The translations under genes were made by a program, and so were the position numbers. A DNA stretch of 58,707 nucleotides from an archaeon (lineage in GTDB: Archaea; EX4484-52; B79-G9). Positions 1-9,100 of the stretch are shown one piece after another. Under the pieces are notes generated by a model. That model searched no databases, had not been told where the DNA came from, and worked only from the letters and a program-made list of their open reading frames with translations. The first letter of the stretch is position 1, and each line of letters starts with the position of its first letter. The DNA is taken from NCBI GenBank assembly GCA_043813875.1, contig JBDRKP010000067.1, positions 1-58,707 of the forward strand, given 5' to 3'.

Positions 1-1
1 A

Positions 2-3000
2 ATAAACATAACCGGAAACACCGTAGAGATTTACGCAAACATCTCAGGCAATATAACAAAAATAGAATACGTGACAGCAAACGTGACATGGAACGCAACC
101 TCAAAACAGAACATAACACTTGAATTCCACCACTACTATCCATCAGAAGACAAATACGAATATATAGGCACAATCACAGATACAAAAACAGACCGCTCAG
201 GAAACTATGACGTACTGATAACAGCAAAATCAGACACAACAATAAACACCACAAAAACATTCTTCGTGAACTACGGTAATCCAATAATAATGTTCGGTCC
301 AGATCCCCTGAAAATAAACGTCTCTGAAAACAGAACCCAGGAAATCACAATAAAAACTGTGGACGGGGATCTTGCAAACATAACAATAAAACTCACATCA
401 GAGAACGAAACGAGATTGAATCTATCTGCAGGCGAAGACCCTCTTCGCGAGATAGGATACATATACTATTCGGGAGGACTGTCCGAAACAGGTAGCGAAG
501 CAGACACCATCATATCTTATAACCTCACAGGTATTAATCTTGGAATAACAAACATCACAGCAAACGTAACATCCAAAAATAACAATCCATTGCTTGGAAA
601 AAAAGAGATAGAAGTGACAAACATAAATGACACAAACGCCCCAAACGTCACCGCAATATGGACCAACTCCTCTATTTTCAAATATAACCTGTACGACGAC
701 ATAATCATCTATGCAAACATATCAGAAGACAGCGGCCTCAAAACAAAGATAGCAGAAATAACGAAACCAGACGGCTATAAAAAGAACACAACAATGGTCT
801 GGGCAGGAACAGGAATCACATACAAGACAGACAGCCCTTTTACAAACGCCACCCTAAAAGACAACTACACAATAAGAATATATGCAATAGACTATTATGG
901 CAACGCAAATTCCACAGAGACCAAAAACTTCACAGTGACAGACATCTATCCGACAACAACAATCACCACAGAATCACTCTACAACCGCGGCGAAAACGCC
1001 ACAATAACTATAACAGTCTACGACATAAACAACAATACAATTTCCAATTTCAACACATCATTAAACATCACATACGAATCAGACACATCCACTCTCCTCG
1101 AAAACAACCAGATATACACATACGATTATTTCATAAACACATCAATCCTCGGCATCCATAACCTTACAGCAAACATCACCAAAAACGGAAACACTGGCAA
1201 CACAACAAGTACGTTCAACGTAACAAACATTCTGGCAATTACACTAGATACAGATAACAAGGTAACATTTCCAACAAGATATGAGATAAGACCGCTAAAA
1301 TTATATCTTTATTATGAAAGAATGGATCCATATCTAAACGACATTGACATCAAGGTAGTCTGTTTCAATGACACATCAGAACACACAGGAGACGTCCATC
1401 TCACAAAATATACAGAAAACATGTACACATACGAAGATCCGTTTAGCGGTGAACCGCAATGCTATACCCCTGTATCATCCTGCAAATCTTTTGAAATTAA
1501 AACAAACATAACAGATCTTTACAACAACACAGGAATAAAATCGATATCTTTAATCACTGAATGCGGCAGCTCATCAAGCTCAAGCAGCCCATCATCATCT
1601 GGAGGTGGGGGAAGCGGAATTGCAGGATTCATCACAAACCAGACAGAACGAATTATTGAAAGATTTTTCGGGAATCAGACAAACAAAGAATCCGTCAATG
1701 ACTTCGAATTCATACTGAACAAAAAAGATATCATCATACAACAAGGCAAAGACACAACAATAATAGCAACATTAAACAACATCGGCGATACAGAACAAGA
1801 GATCACATCCGAGGTCACAAAAGAATGCTGCAAAGTAGATATTGAAAAAAAAACATTCAAGATAGCAAAAAGAAACACAGAGGATGTGCCGATTCTTATA
1901 CACTCAAGCATCAAAACCCCGCCCGGGGAATATCTGATAACAATCACAATGAAATCAGAAAACATAACAAAAACAGAAACAATCAAAATCAGGATCATAG
2001 AAAATCAACTGATGAACACACTAAAAAAACTGGAGACAAACATCATCGAGCATGAAAAAGATATAGACACATACTCAAAAGCCGGTGTAAATGTAGACCA
2101 TCTGGCAAAAGCCCTGGAAGACCTAAAATCCTACCTCAAAGACGCAAAAGACTATATAGAAAAAGACGACCTCAAGAATTTAGACGATACAGTTCGCAAA
2201 GCCAACGAGAAATCATACTACATCGCCACAGAACTCCTAAGACTGGAAACAATGAAATGGCTCAACGAAAACAAAATCGAAATACTGGCCGCAATACTTA
2301 TATCCATCATACTAGTATACTTCTTAGTTTATTTCATCATACCCTATGCCTACATAAAAAAAGAGCTCAGCCAACTGAAAATAAAAGAAATCCAGCTAAA
2401 AGATGCTGAAAAGACAGTCCAGAAACAATACTTCATGCGCCAGCTGGACGAGGTCACATTCAACAAACTGATGTCAGAAAAGCACAGCGCCCTCCTCGAC
2501 ACACGCTCAGCGATAAAACGCATCGAAGAAAAAATAAGCCTCCTAAAACGGGGAAAACTTAACCTAAAAGAAGATGAGCACAGCAAATACTTCATATTAA
2601 ACCAGATAACCAAAAAGAAATATCCAAAGACAGATACAGAAAAAAAGACACAGATCCAGGATAAAATAAAATCCCTCAAAGAACAGGAATACAACCTCAC
2701 ACAATCCACAAAAGAAGCAGAAAAAAACTACAATATCCAGATCATAACTCAGAGCGAACTTGAACAGATAGTAAACAACAACAAAATCAAAATCAAAGAA
2801 ACAAGAAATCAGCTACAAGAACTGGAACAACCGGAAAACGCACCGCAAATAACAAAAGAAAAGAAGCCCGGCATCATCACAGAAATAAAGAAAAGATACG
2901 CCCAATACATGATCCAAAAACAGAAAATCCAAGTAGAAAACAAGATACATTCCTTGGAAAAAAAAGAACACACATTAGAACAGAAAGAAAAAGAATTAAA

Positions 3001-3097
3001 GCTAAAAGAAGAAGATATCGAAAAAGAAATAGAGACACTAAAAAAAGAAGACAACAACCTCAAAGAAAAACAAAACCAGCCTACAGATTCGGAGTGA
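2..3097 (+). CDS. Large surface (glyco)protein, 5'-partial. It has Ig-like extracellular repeats, a Ser/Gly linker, a CARDB-like beta-sandwich, one TM helix and a long K/E-rich coiled-coil cytoplasmic tail.
   Basis: The frame of the 71..3097 ORF has no stop back to position 2, so the gene runs off the window. N-X-S/T sequons are very dense. The linker reads GSSSSSSSPSSSGGGGSG (~1564-1620) and the hydrophobic helix IEILAAILISIILVYFLVYFIIPYAYI lies at ~2277-2357. The C-terminal ~250 aa are heptad-like and K/E/Q-rich. Confidence 0.8.
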   Translation: MNITGNTVEIYANISGNITKIEYVTANVTWNATSKQNITLEFHHYYPSEDKYEYIGTITDTKTDRSGNYDVLITAKSDTTINTTKTFFVNYGNPIIMFGPDPLKINVSENRTQEITIKTVDGDLANITIKLTSENETRLNLSAGEDPLREIGYIYYSGGLSETGSEADTIISYNLTGINLGITNITANVTSKNNNPLLGKKEIEVTNINDTNAPNVTAIWTNSSIFKYNLYDDIIIYANISEDSGLKTKIAEITKPDGYKKNTTMVWAGTGITYKTDSPFTNATLKDNYTIRIYAIDYYGNANSTETKNFTVTDIYPTTTITTESLYNRGENATITITVYDINNNTISNFNTSLNITYESDTSTLLENNQIYTYDYFINTSILGIHNLTANITKNGNTGNTTSTFNVTNILAITLDTDNKVTFPTRYEIRPLKLYLYYERMDPYLNDIDIKVVCFNDTSEHTGDVHLTKYTENMYTYEDPFSGEPQCYTPVSSCKSFEIKTNITDLYNNTGIKSISLITECGSSSSSSSPSSSGGGGSGIAGFITNQTERIIERFFGNQTNKESVNDFEFILNKKDIIIQQGKDTTIIATLNNIGDTEQEITSEVTKECCKVDIEKKTFKIAKRNTEDVPILIHSSIKTPPGEYLITITMKSENITKTETIKIRIIENQLMNTLKKLETNIIEHEKDIDTYSKAGVNVDHLAKALEDLKSYLKDAKDYIEKDDLKNLDDTVRKANEKSYYIATELLRLETMKWLNENKIEILAAILISIILVYFLVYFIIPYAYIKKELSQLKIKEIQLKDAEKTVQKQYFMRQLDEVTFNKLMSEKHSALLDTRSAIKRIEEKISLLKRGKLNLKEDEHSKYFILNQITKKKYPKTDTEKKTQIQDKIKSLKEQEYNLTQSTKEAEKNYNIQIITQSELEQIVNNNKIKIKETRNQLQELEQPENAPQITKEKKPGIITEIKKRYAQYMIQKQKIQVENKIHSLEKKEHTLEQKEKELKLKEEDIEKEIETLKKEDNNLKEKQNQPTDSE

Positions 3098-3929
3098 CCC
3101 ACACTTCAAGCACAGCAGCAAGAACCAAAATCAACGAAGACACAAGATAAAGCACACCAGCATCCTTTGCAATCCTGAAATCCTGCTCGCCCCTGATCAT
3201 CCCTATAGAAAGTATCCCACCGGCAATGCCCGCAATAAAATAAGCCACAATTTCCGGTACTCCATGTATCGATATAGACAGCAATGCATCGAGATGCCCC
3301 TGCATGAGCGAATACGAATACTTTCTCGAAAACTCCTTTGCAAGATCACTCACAAAGACACCAATCACAGATGCATTCCACGACAATATGAATATCGCTC
3401 CTGTCCCAAAGAAAAAAGACATCAAAAAAGCGATAGTTGTAACCTTCAGATTATTCGAAAGAATAGTCCAGAAAGTCATCGTTGTTTCTGTAGCTGCCCC
3501 ACTAAACCTGATGCTTGCAATAGTATTCATCTGCTGTGAAAAAAGCGATTGCGTGTAAGTCTCTGGCAGCATCGTATACCAGAAAGAGACAGCAATCAAT
3601 ACCCCTAAAAAGAGATACGCATAAACCATGATAGTCTTCTCATAATGGACAAAAAAATCAAGATCGATCCTATCAGTCTCCTCATCAATCTCCTCATCAT
3701 CCTTCAGGATGGCAGAAATTGTAGGAAATGCGGCAATAGTGATCAAAAAAAGAAATATAACAGAAGATGAAGAGGGAAATATATAATAGGCAGCAAACAA
3801 AGACACAGAAGTGATGAGAATACCATAAAAAAACATCTCAATTGGCTTCGATTCAGCTTCCTTTGCGTTCATCAGCATCTCAAAAACCATCACACACCAC
3901 CATTCCAGATATATTATAGTTGCTCGCAT
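3081..3929 (-). CDS. SpoIIM/DUF95-family integral membrane protein (start codon uncertain; internal Met candidates at 3890, 3878 and 3872)
   Basis: Multi-TM protein with the family-typical segment SIHGVPEIVAYFIAGIAGGILS and FFFGTGAIFILSWNASVIGVF. Its 3' end overlaps the convergent upstream gene by 17 nt. Confidence 0.65.
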   Translation of the reverse strand: MRATIIYLEWWCVMVFEMLMNAKEAESKPIEMFFYGILITSVSLFAAYYIFPSSSSVIFLFLITIAAFPTISAILKDDEEIDEETDRIDLDFFVHYEKTIMVYAYLFLGVLIAVSFWYTMLPETYTQSLFSQQMNTIASIRFSGAATETTMTFWTILSNNLKVTTIAFLMSFFFGTGAIFILSWNASVIGVFVSDLAKEFSRKYSYSLMQGHLDALLSISIHGVPEIVAYFIAGIAGGILSIGMIRGEQDFRIAKDAGVLYLVSSLILVLAAVLEVWVTPNL

Positions 3930-3972
3930 AACTATTTAGACAAAAATGCGATCAATCTATATGGAAACGTTC

Positions 3973-4041
3973 GAAAAGCATGGCTTTTCAACGTGTCTGG
4001 AAAGCAAAGCTTTCCAACATGTGAAAATCCAGAGGATTTTC
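3973..4041. repeat. Array of three related perfect palindromes (7-8-bp arms, 3-nt centres) spaced ~25-26 bp apart
   Basis: GAAAAGC-atg-GCTTTTC (3973-3989), GGAAAGC-aaa-GCTTTCC (3999-4015) and GAAAATCC-aga-GGATTTTC (4023-4041). The spacers both begin AAC.TGT (aacgtgtct, aacatgt). Confidence 0.7.
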
Positions 4042-4048
4042 AGACAAA

Positions 4049-4080
4049 GCACATTAATTGTAAATACAATTGTGCTTTTT
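4049..4080 (+). terminator. Hairpin followed by T5 (terminator-like), directly after the palindrome array
   Basis: GCAC-att-AATTGT aaat ACAATT-GTGC (4+6 bp stem with a 3-nt bulge) followed by TTTTT at 4076-4080. Confidence 0.4.
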
Positions 4081-4208
4081 ACTATATATTCACAACTCAT
4101 ATATATAATCTTGAGTACCGGCAAAAACAAAAAATCATCCTTTCAACTACTCAGAGACATACAACAAATATATAAAATTACTACATTAAGACAAGGTAAG
4201 GTGAAAAC

Positions 4209-5276
4209 ATGGAAGAACTCATCCCATTTCTAGAAAATAACAGGGACATTATCGACAAAAAAATCGAAAAATACCTTCCAAAAAAGATAGACTCTGCATA
4301 CCTCGAATGGCTCGCAGGACCTGCAAGATACACATACGATATAGACTCAATCCAGAAATGTATCATCGATCCCACATGGAACCTCCTCAACAGGGGAGGC
4401 AAAAGATGGCGCCCTAACTTCTTCATTCTCATCGTAGAATCACTAGGCAAAGATGCAGATAACTTGCTGGACTTCGCAATAATACCCGAACTCATCCACA
4501 ACGGGACACTCATAATTGACGATGTAGAAGATAACTCAGACAAGAGAAGAAACAAACCGACAATACACAACATATACGGAACAGACATTGCAATCAACGC
4601 AGGCAACGCCCTTTACTATATACCGCTAAAAATAATAGACGAAAACAAGAACAAACTCGGTCCGGAGTTGACATCCCGCGCATACGAAGTATACGTACAG
4701 GAAATGATAAACCTCTCACTCGGCCAGGCCATGGACATATGGTGGCACCGTGGAAAAAACAACAATGTATCCGTCGAACAATATCTTCAGATGTGCGCAT
4801 ATAAAACCGGCACACTCGCAAGACTCACAGCAAAACTGGCAGTAATCCTGTCATCAGGCACAGAAAAACAGGAAGAAAAGATAAGCAAAATCGCCGAATC
4901 CATTGGCATAGGATTCCAGATACAGGACGACATACTGGACATGACATCAGACGAACGTGAGAAATTCGGCAAATCATTCGGAAACGACATCCATGAAGGA
5001 AAAAGAACACTTATGGTAATCCACACTCTAAACAGCGCCAGCGAAAAAGACAAAAAGAGACTGGCCGAAATACTGGATAAACACACAAGAGACGAAAAGC
5101 TAATCAACGAAGCATTCGACATAATAAACAAATACAAATCCATCGAATTCGCAAAAAGCACAGCCAAAAAAATCATAGAAGAAGCATGGAACGAAGTAGA
5201 CGTAATCCTGCCGGAATCAAAATCAAAACAGATGCTCTCAAAGCTGGTCACATACCTTATAGAACGAAAAATATAG
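4209..5276 (+). CDS. idsA: Polyprenyl (geranylgeranyl) diphosphate synthase
   Basis: First aspartate-rich motif LIIDDVEDNSDKRRNKPT and second motif FQIQDDILD. The length (355 aa) is typical of trans-IPPS enzymes. Confidence 0.9.
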   Translation: MEELIPFLENNRDIIDKKIEKYLPKKIDSAYLEWLAGPARYTYDIDSIQKCIIDPTWNLLNRGGKRWRPNFFILIVESLGKDADNLLDFAIIPELIHNGTLIIDDVEDNSDKRRNKPTIHNIYGTDIAINAGNALYYIPLKIIDENKNKLGPELTSRAYEVYVQEMINLSLGQAMDIWWHRGKNNNVSVEQYLQMCAYKTGTLARLTAKLAVILSSGTEKQEEKISKIAESIGIGFQIQDDILDMTSDEREKFGKSFGNDIHEGKRTLMVIHTLNSASEKDKKRLAEILDKHTRDEKLINEAFDIINKYKSIEFAKSTAKKIIEEAWNEVDVILPESKSKQMLSKLVTYLIERKI

Positions 5277-5327
5277 CCCTATAACAGACACATAATTATA
5301 TATACAGGTTTTACACATAATACTAAC

Positions 5328-6011
5328 ATGGCATTCGAGATAAAAAGAACACCAACAGGTATTTCTGGACTGGACAAACTCATTTTAGGAGGTCTGCCGG
5401 AACCATCTGTCACGTTGATAACAGGATCCGCCGGAACAGCCAAGACAACATTTCTATTGCAATTTCTCTGGGAAGGATTAAAACAAAAAGAAAATGGCCT
5501 ATTCATCACACTGGAAGAGACCCCTGAAGAGATAAAAAGAGATGCCCTCCAATTTGGTTGGGACTTCGGAAAATACGAAAAAGACGGAAAATGCAGTATC
5601 GAATTCTTTGACCCGTTCGAACTGGGCGACATAGCAAGCCGCCTGAAAGACCTCATCGTCGTAAACAACTACAAAAGAGTCGTAATCGACTCAACATCAC
5701 TATTCGGGATGTATATAAACGACACATACAAAGTCAGGAAAAAGCTATACAAACTGGTCCAATCATTAAAGACATCTGGCTGCACAGCATTATTATCCTC
5801 CGAAATACCAGAAAAAAGCGACACATTATCACGCTTCGGCGTCGAAGAATACGTAGTAGACGGAGTAATAATCCTGTATTACACCGGCATGGAAAATGGA
5901 GTATGCCGCAGCCTTGCAATAAGAAAACTCAGACTGACAAACTACGCGAACGGAACATTCCCATTCAGGATAACCGATGAAGGAATAAAAATATTAAAAG
6001 ACGACATATAA
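5328..6011 (+). CDS. Single-domain KaiC/RadA-like (RecA-superfamily) ATPase paralog with atypical P-loop
   Basis: ISGLDKLILGGLPEPSVTLITGSAGTAKTTF. It is collinear with the KaiC-like protein at 33121..33816 (shared SRFGVEE..DG.IILYY). The P-loop reads GSAGTAKT (Ala in place of the conserved Gly before Lys). Confidence 0.8.
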   Translation: MAFEIKRTPTGISGLDKLILGGLPEPSVTLITGSAGTAKTTFLLQFLWEGLKQKENGLFITLEETPEEIKRDALQFGWDFGKYEKDGKCSIEFFDPFELGDIASRLKDLIVVNNYKRVVIDSTSLFGMYINDTYKVRKKLYKLVQSLKTSGCTALLSSEIPEKSDTLSRFGVEEYVVDGVIILYYTGMENGVCRSLAIRKLRLTNYANGTFPFRITDEGIKILKDDI

Positions 6012-6040
6012 CATAAACTCATACTAATACTAATATAGTG

Positions 6041-6072
6041 AATTCAACAACATTTGGCATATATGTTGAATT
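6041..6072. terminator. 9-bp inverted repeat between convergent genes (candidate bidirectional terminator)
   Basis: AATTCAACA (6041-6049) and TGTTGAATT (6064-6072) with a 14-nt loop, lying between the KaiC-like 3' end and the giant gene 3' end. Confidence 0.35.
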
Positions 6073-6198
6073 TCCATATCGTCAATTGCATTCGGTTTTT
6101 GGATATGTTTTAGCTCAAAAGTCATCCGATTGAATATATTTCCACATCTTTCTTTAAAAAGAACAACAGTAATCTTCGGACGTCAAACTTCAATTCAA

Positions 6199-9100
6199 TT
6201 ATCGGCACCAGACACACTTACCCTTATAGATTCTGCCACCGCAGTCCGGACACACACTTTCGACAACATGTTCAAAAGCATCAGTTACAAACTTCTCACC
6301 AACGCCATCTCTACGAGACTTGTGCGTATAATACGCATCATTCTTCGAAAACGAACTAGAACCAGTTCCTAGAGGCACTTCAAAAGAATCATCACGAGTC
6401 TTCACCAAAGAATCACTAAACTTGTATCCGCACCACACACACCTATTCTGGAATATCTTCCCTCCGCACTCCGGACACTTAAGCTCAAGCACTTTTTCCA
6501 CAACATCAGCAATATATCTCTTTTTAGCAACAGAGTGCGCATAATAGACATCATGCTTCCCAAGAACCTTAAGCAACATAGAAGGAACCTTAACATTCGA
6601 CAAATCAATCTTTGGCAACCTCAAAAAGGGCGCTCCAGCCGACAAATCTCCCGGCAGGACAGGCTCCTTCGAATATGCAGTCCTGTTACGCAAAAAGAAC
6701 CAATATACCATAAGCGCACCCATCGCAAATAGCACAATAACAGCGACAGAGACAAAAGACCAGTTGACACCCGTCTCAGTCACATCACCTAACACCTTGA
6801 TACCCTCAAGCAACAACTGAATATTCTTCTCAGCTTCATCAAGCAGATAGCCCGCTTTATCATAATCCCCTCCATCAATATAACCGCCAGCATCTTTCAG
6901 ATTCTTCTGTGCAAGATCATAATAGACCTTCAATTCAGGAGTCAGTAAAGACACATCAATATCATCCAAAATAGAGCCCAATCTATCCAGCCTGTTTCGA
7001 AGAGACTGAACATCGACACCAACCTCATGAACTACCCTCAAAGTCACAAAAAGATCCTTACTGACATGATCATTAAACACAGATAACATGCCCACATAAT
7101 CGCCATCATCAACTCCACTGTCAATAGCACATATCCTGACAATTATTGACCTCTCTTCACCGGGATATAACATATCCAATAAAGAATCATAATTAGCCTC
7201 TAAAAATTTAGGCACCCCGGAAAGTTCAACATTCAGATTATTCAAAACAGTATTACCTTCATTAGACACATACACAGGCACATTAACGCAACTGTCGCCA
7301 CTCGCCGAGATACTTAGGATATAATACGACTCAGCAGATAATGACAAATCATAGACTTCAGCAACACTTCCATTTCCTTTTGGCACAATAACAATACCAA
7401 GTCCACTACTCGAAGAACTCGACGACGAACCACCCCCGCTTGAGCCACCATCGCAGGCCGTGACCTGGTAAGAACCACTACAGCAATACCCGGAACTATA
7501 AAGATTAGACCCGCAATAACAGACAGGCGAAATCACCCCCTCACCGCAATTAGAATAGGCAGCAGTCATAACGACATCAACATAGGTAATGTTTCCATCA
7601 CTGGTATTATAGGGACCAAGAACCACACCATCATAACCCACCTTGGCCGCAGTTACATTTATCGAAGTATTATAGACACTCGCATTAGCTAGAAGAAACG
7701 CCAACCCATCATCGCCACTGACCTGGCCATCAATATAGACAGTATCATTATACCACAAACTCACATTTACCCCGCCGACAGACGTATTGACTCTGAATAC
7801 GCCATAACCGGCAGTACTATTAAGAACTAAAGAGAGATTATTGCCGTTATCCTTATCCATTCCCGGCTGAACATCAACAGACAAGTCAGGCGCAAAATAG
7901 CCACGCAGATACAAATCAGTCCTATTGAACACCACAGGATACTGGCCCGTAAGCGAATAATTTACCTTCAGAAAATATATTTCCCCACTTGCATCAGTAA
8001 CATTAGTCAAATTACCGATACCAACACTAACATTGCCAAGACCAGCAGTTCCATTGCTGATATTCACATAGAACTGCGTCTCGTTTGCATACAATATTTT
8101 GCTGTTCATGGCGCCAATATTCGCAACATCGATCGTGCTGTCAAAAACAGACATATAATCCAAAAGCCCCGCAAACTCCAGAGAATACATACCCGGCAAC
8201 ACCTTATAGAACAGCACAGAACCATTGACAGTGACATTCGTAACCGACGGCAGAGACTTAAGAGTCACATTAATCCCGGAAAGCGCCACCCCGGATTCAT
8301 CAAACAGAGTGATATTCACTTTAGTGATATTAAGCACAACATTCCTTTGCACAGGCGTCTCTGTTGGTATGATATGCGACTCAAGATAATAATCATACCC
8401 CATAGCGGTCCCGTTCACGAGAAGGTCATAATCGCTAAAATTATCTCGGTTGACAACGCACACATATTCATTATAATAGAAATCGCAATCAGATTTATCG
8501 ATAACAAAAGTGCCACCGCTCGCAATATTCTGCACTAATTTGATTGAAACATTCTTAGAGATCAACTCATTATTCTCGGAAGTCACATTTATCCTGATAA
8601 AAGACAAAGGCGCAGGCACAAGAGACAAATTATAATTGACAGTCGGCAAAGTGGATATAGTGATATTATCAAGGATATAATAACCGGTCTTGATTACCCT
8701 TATAGTATAAGGAGGATAACTCAGGACACCAGTCCTTGAATTGACATCAAAAGAAAATGACCCATCAGCAGCAGTCAGCCCGCCATACGCCTCACAATTA
8801 TCATAGATCATATCCCCTCCATAACACTGGTGCGAACGCAAAAGAATCGAGGCACCAAAAATAGGTCGCGACCCGTTATGCACTTTCACATAACCGCTGA
8901 TCACCTTGTCCCCTAAAAGACCGACATTGACATTTTTGCTGACATCAACATCATTTTCATACTTGACGCTCAACCCCACAGCAGATACATTAAAACAATA
9001 ATCCTGATAGCTTGAAGGATTTTCCTGCATCATCGGTGAGACAACAAGAGAATATGTGCCGTTGCCTGCAGTCACTGTCTGATACCTAAGAAGCGTCGGC

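Noticed and set aside
3946-4233. 95-aa and 60-aa + strand ORFs in the SpoIIM-like/idsA spacer
   Set aside because: They run straight through the palindrome array, and the peptide repeats FEKHGFS / LESKAFQ / KIQRIFR are simply the translated palindromes. They also overlap the idsA start. They are more likely non-coding.
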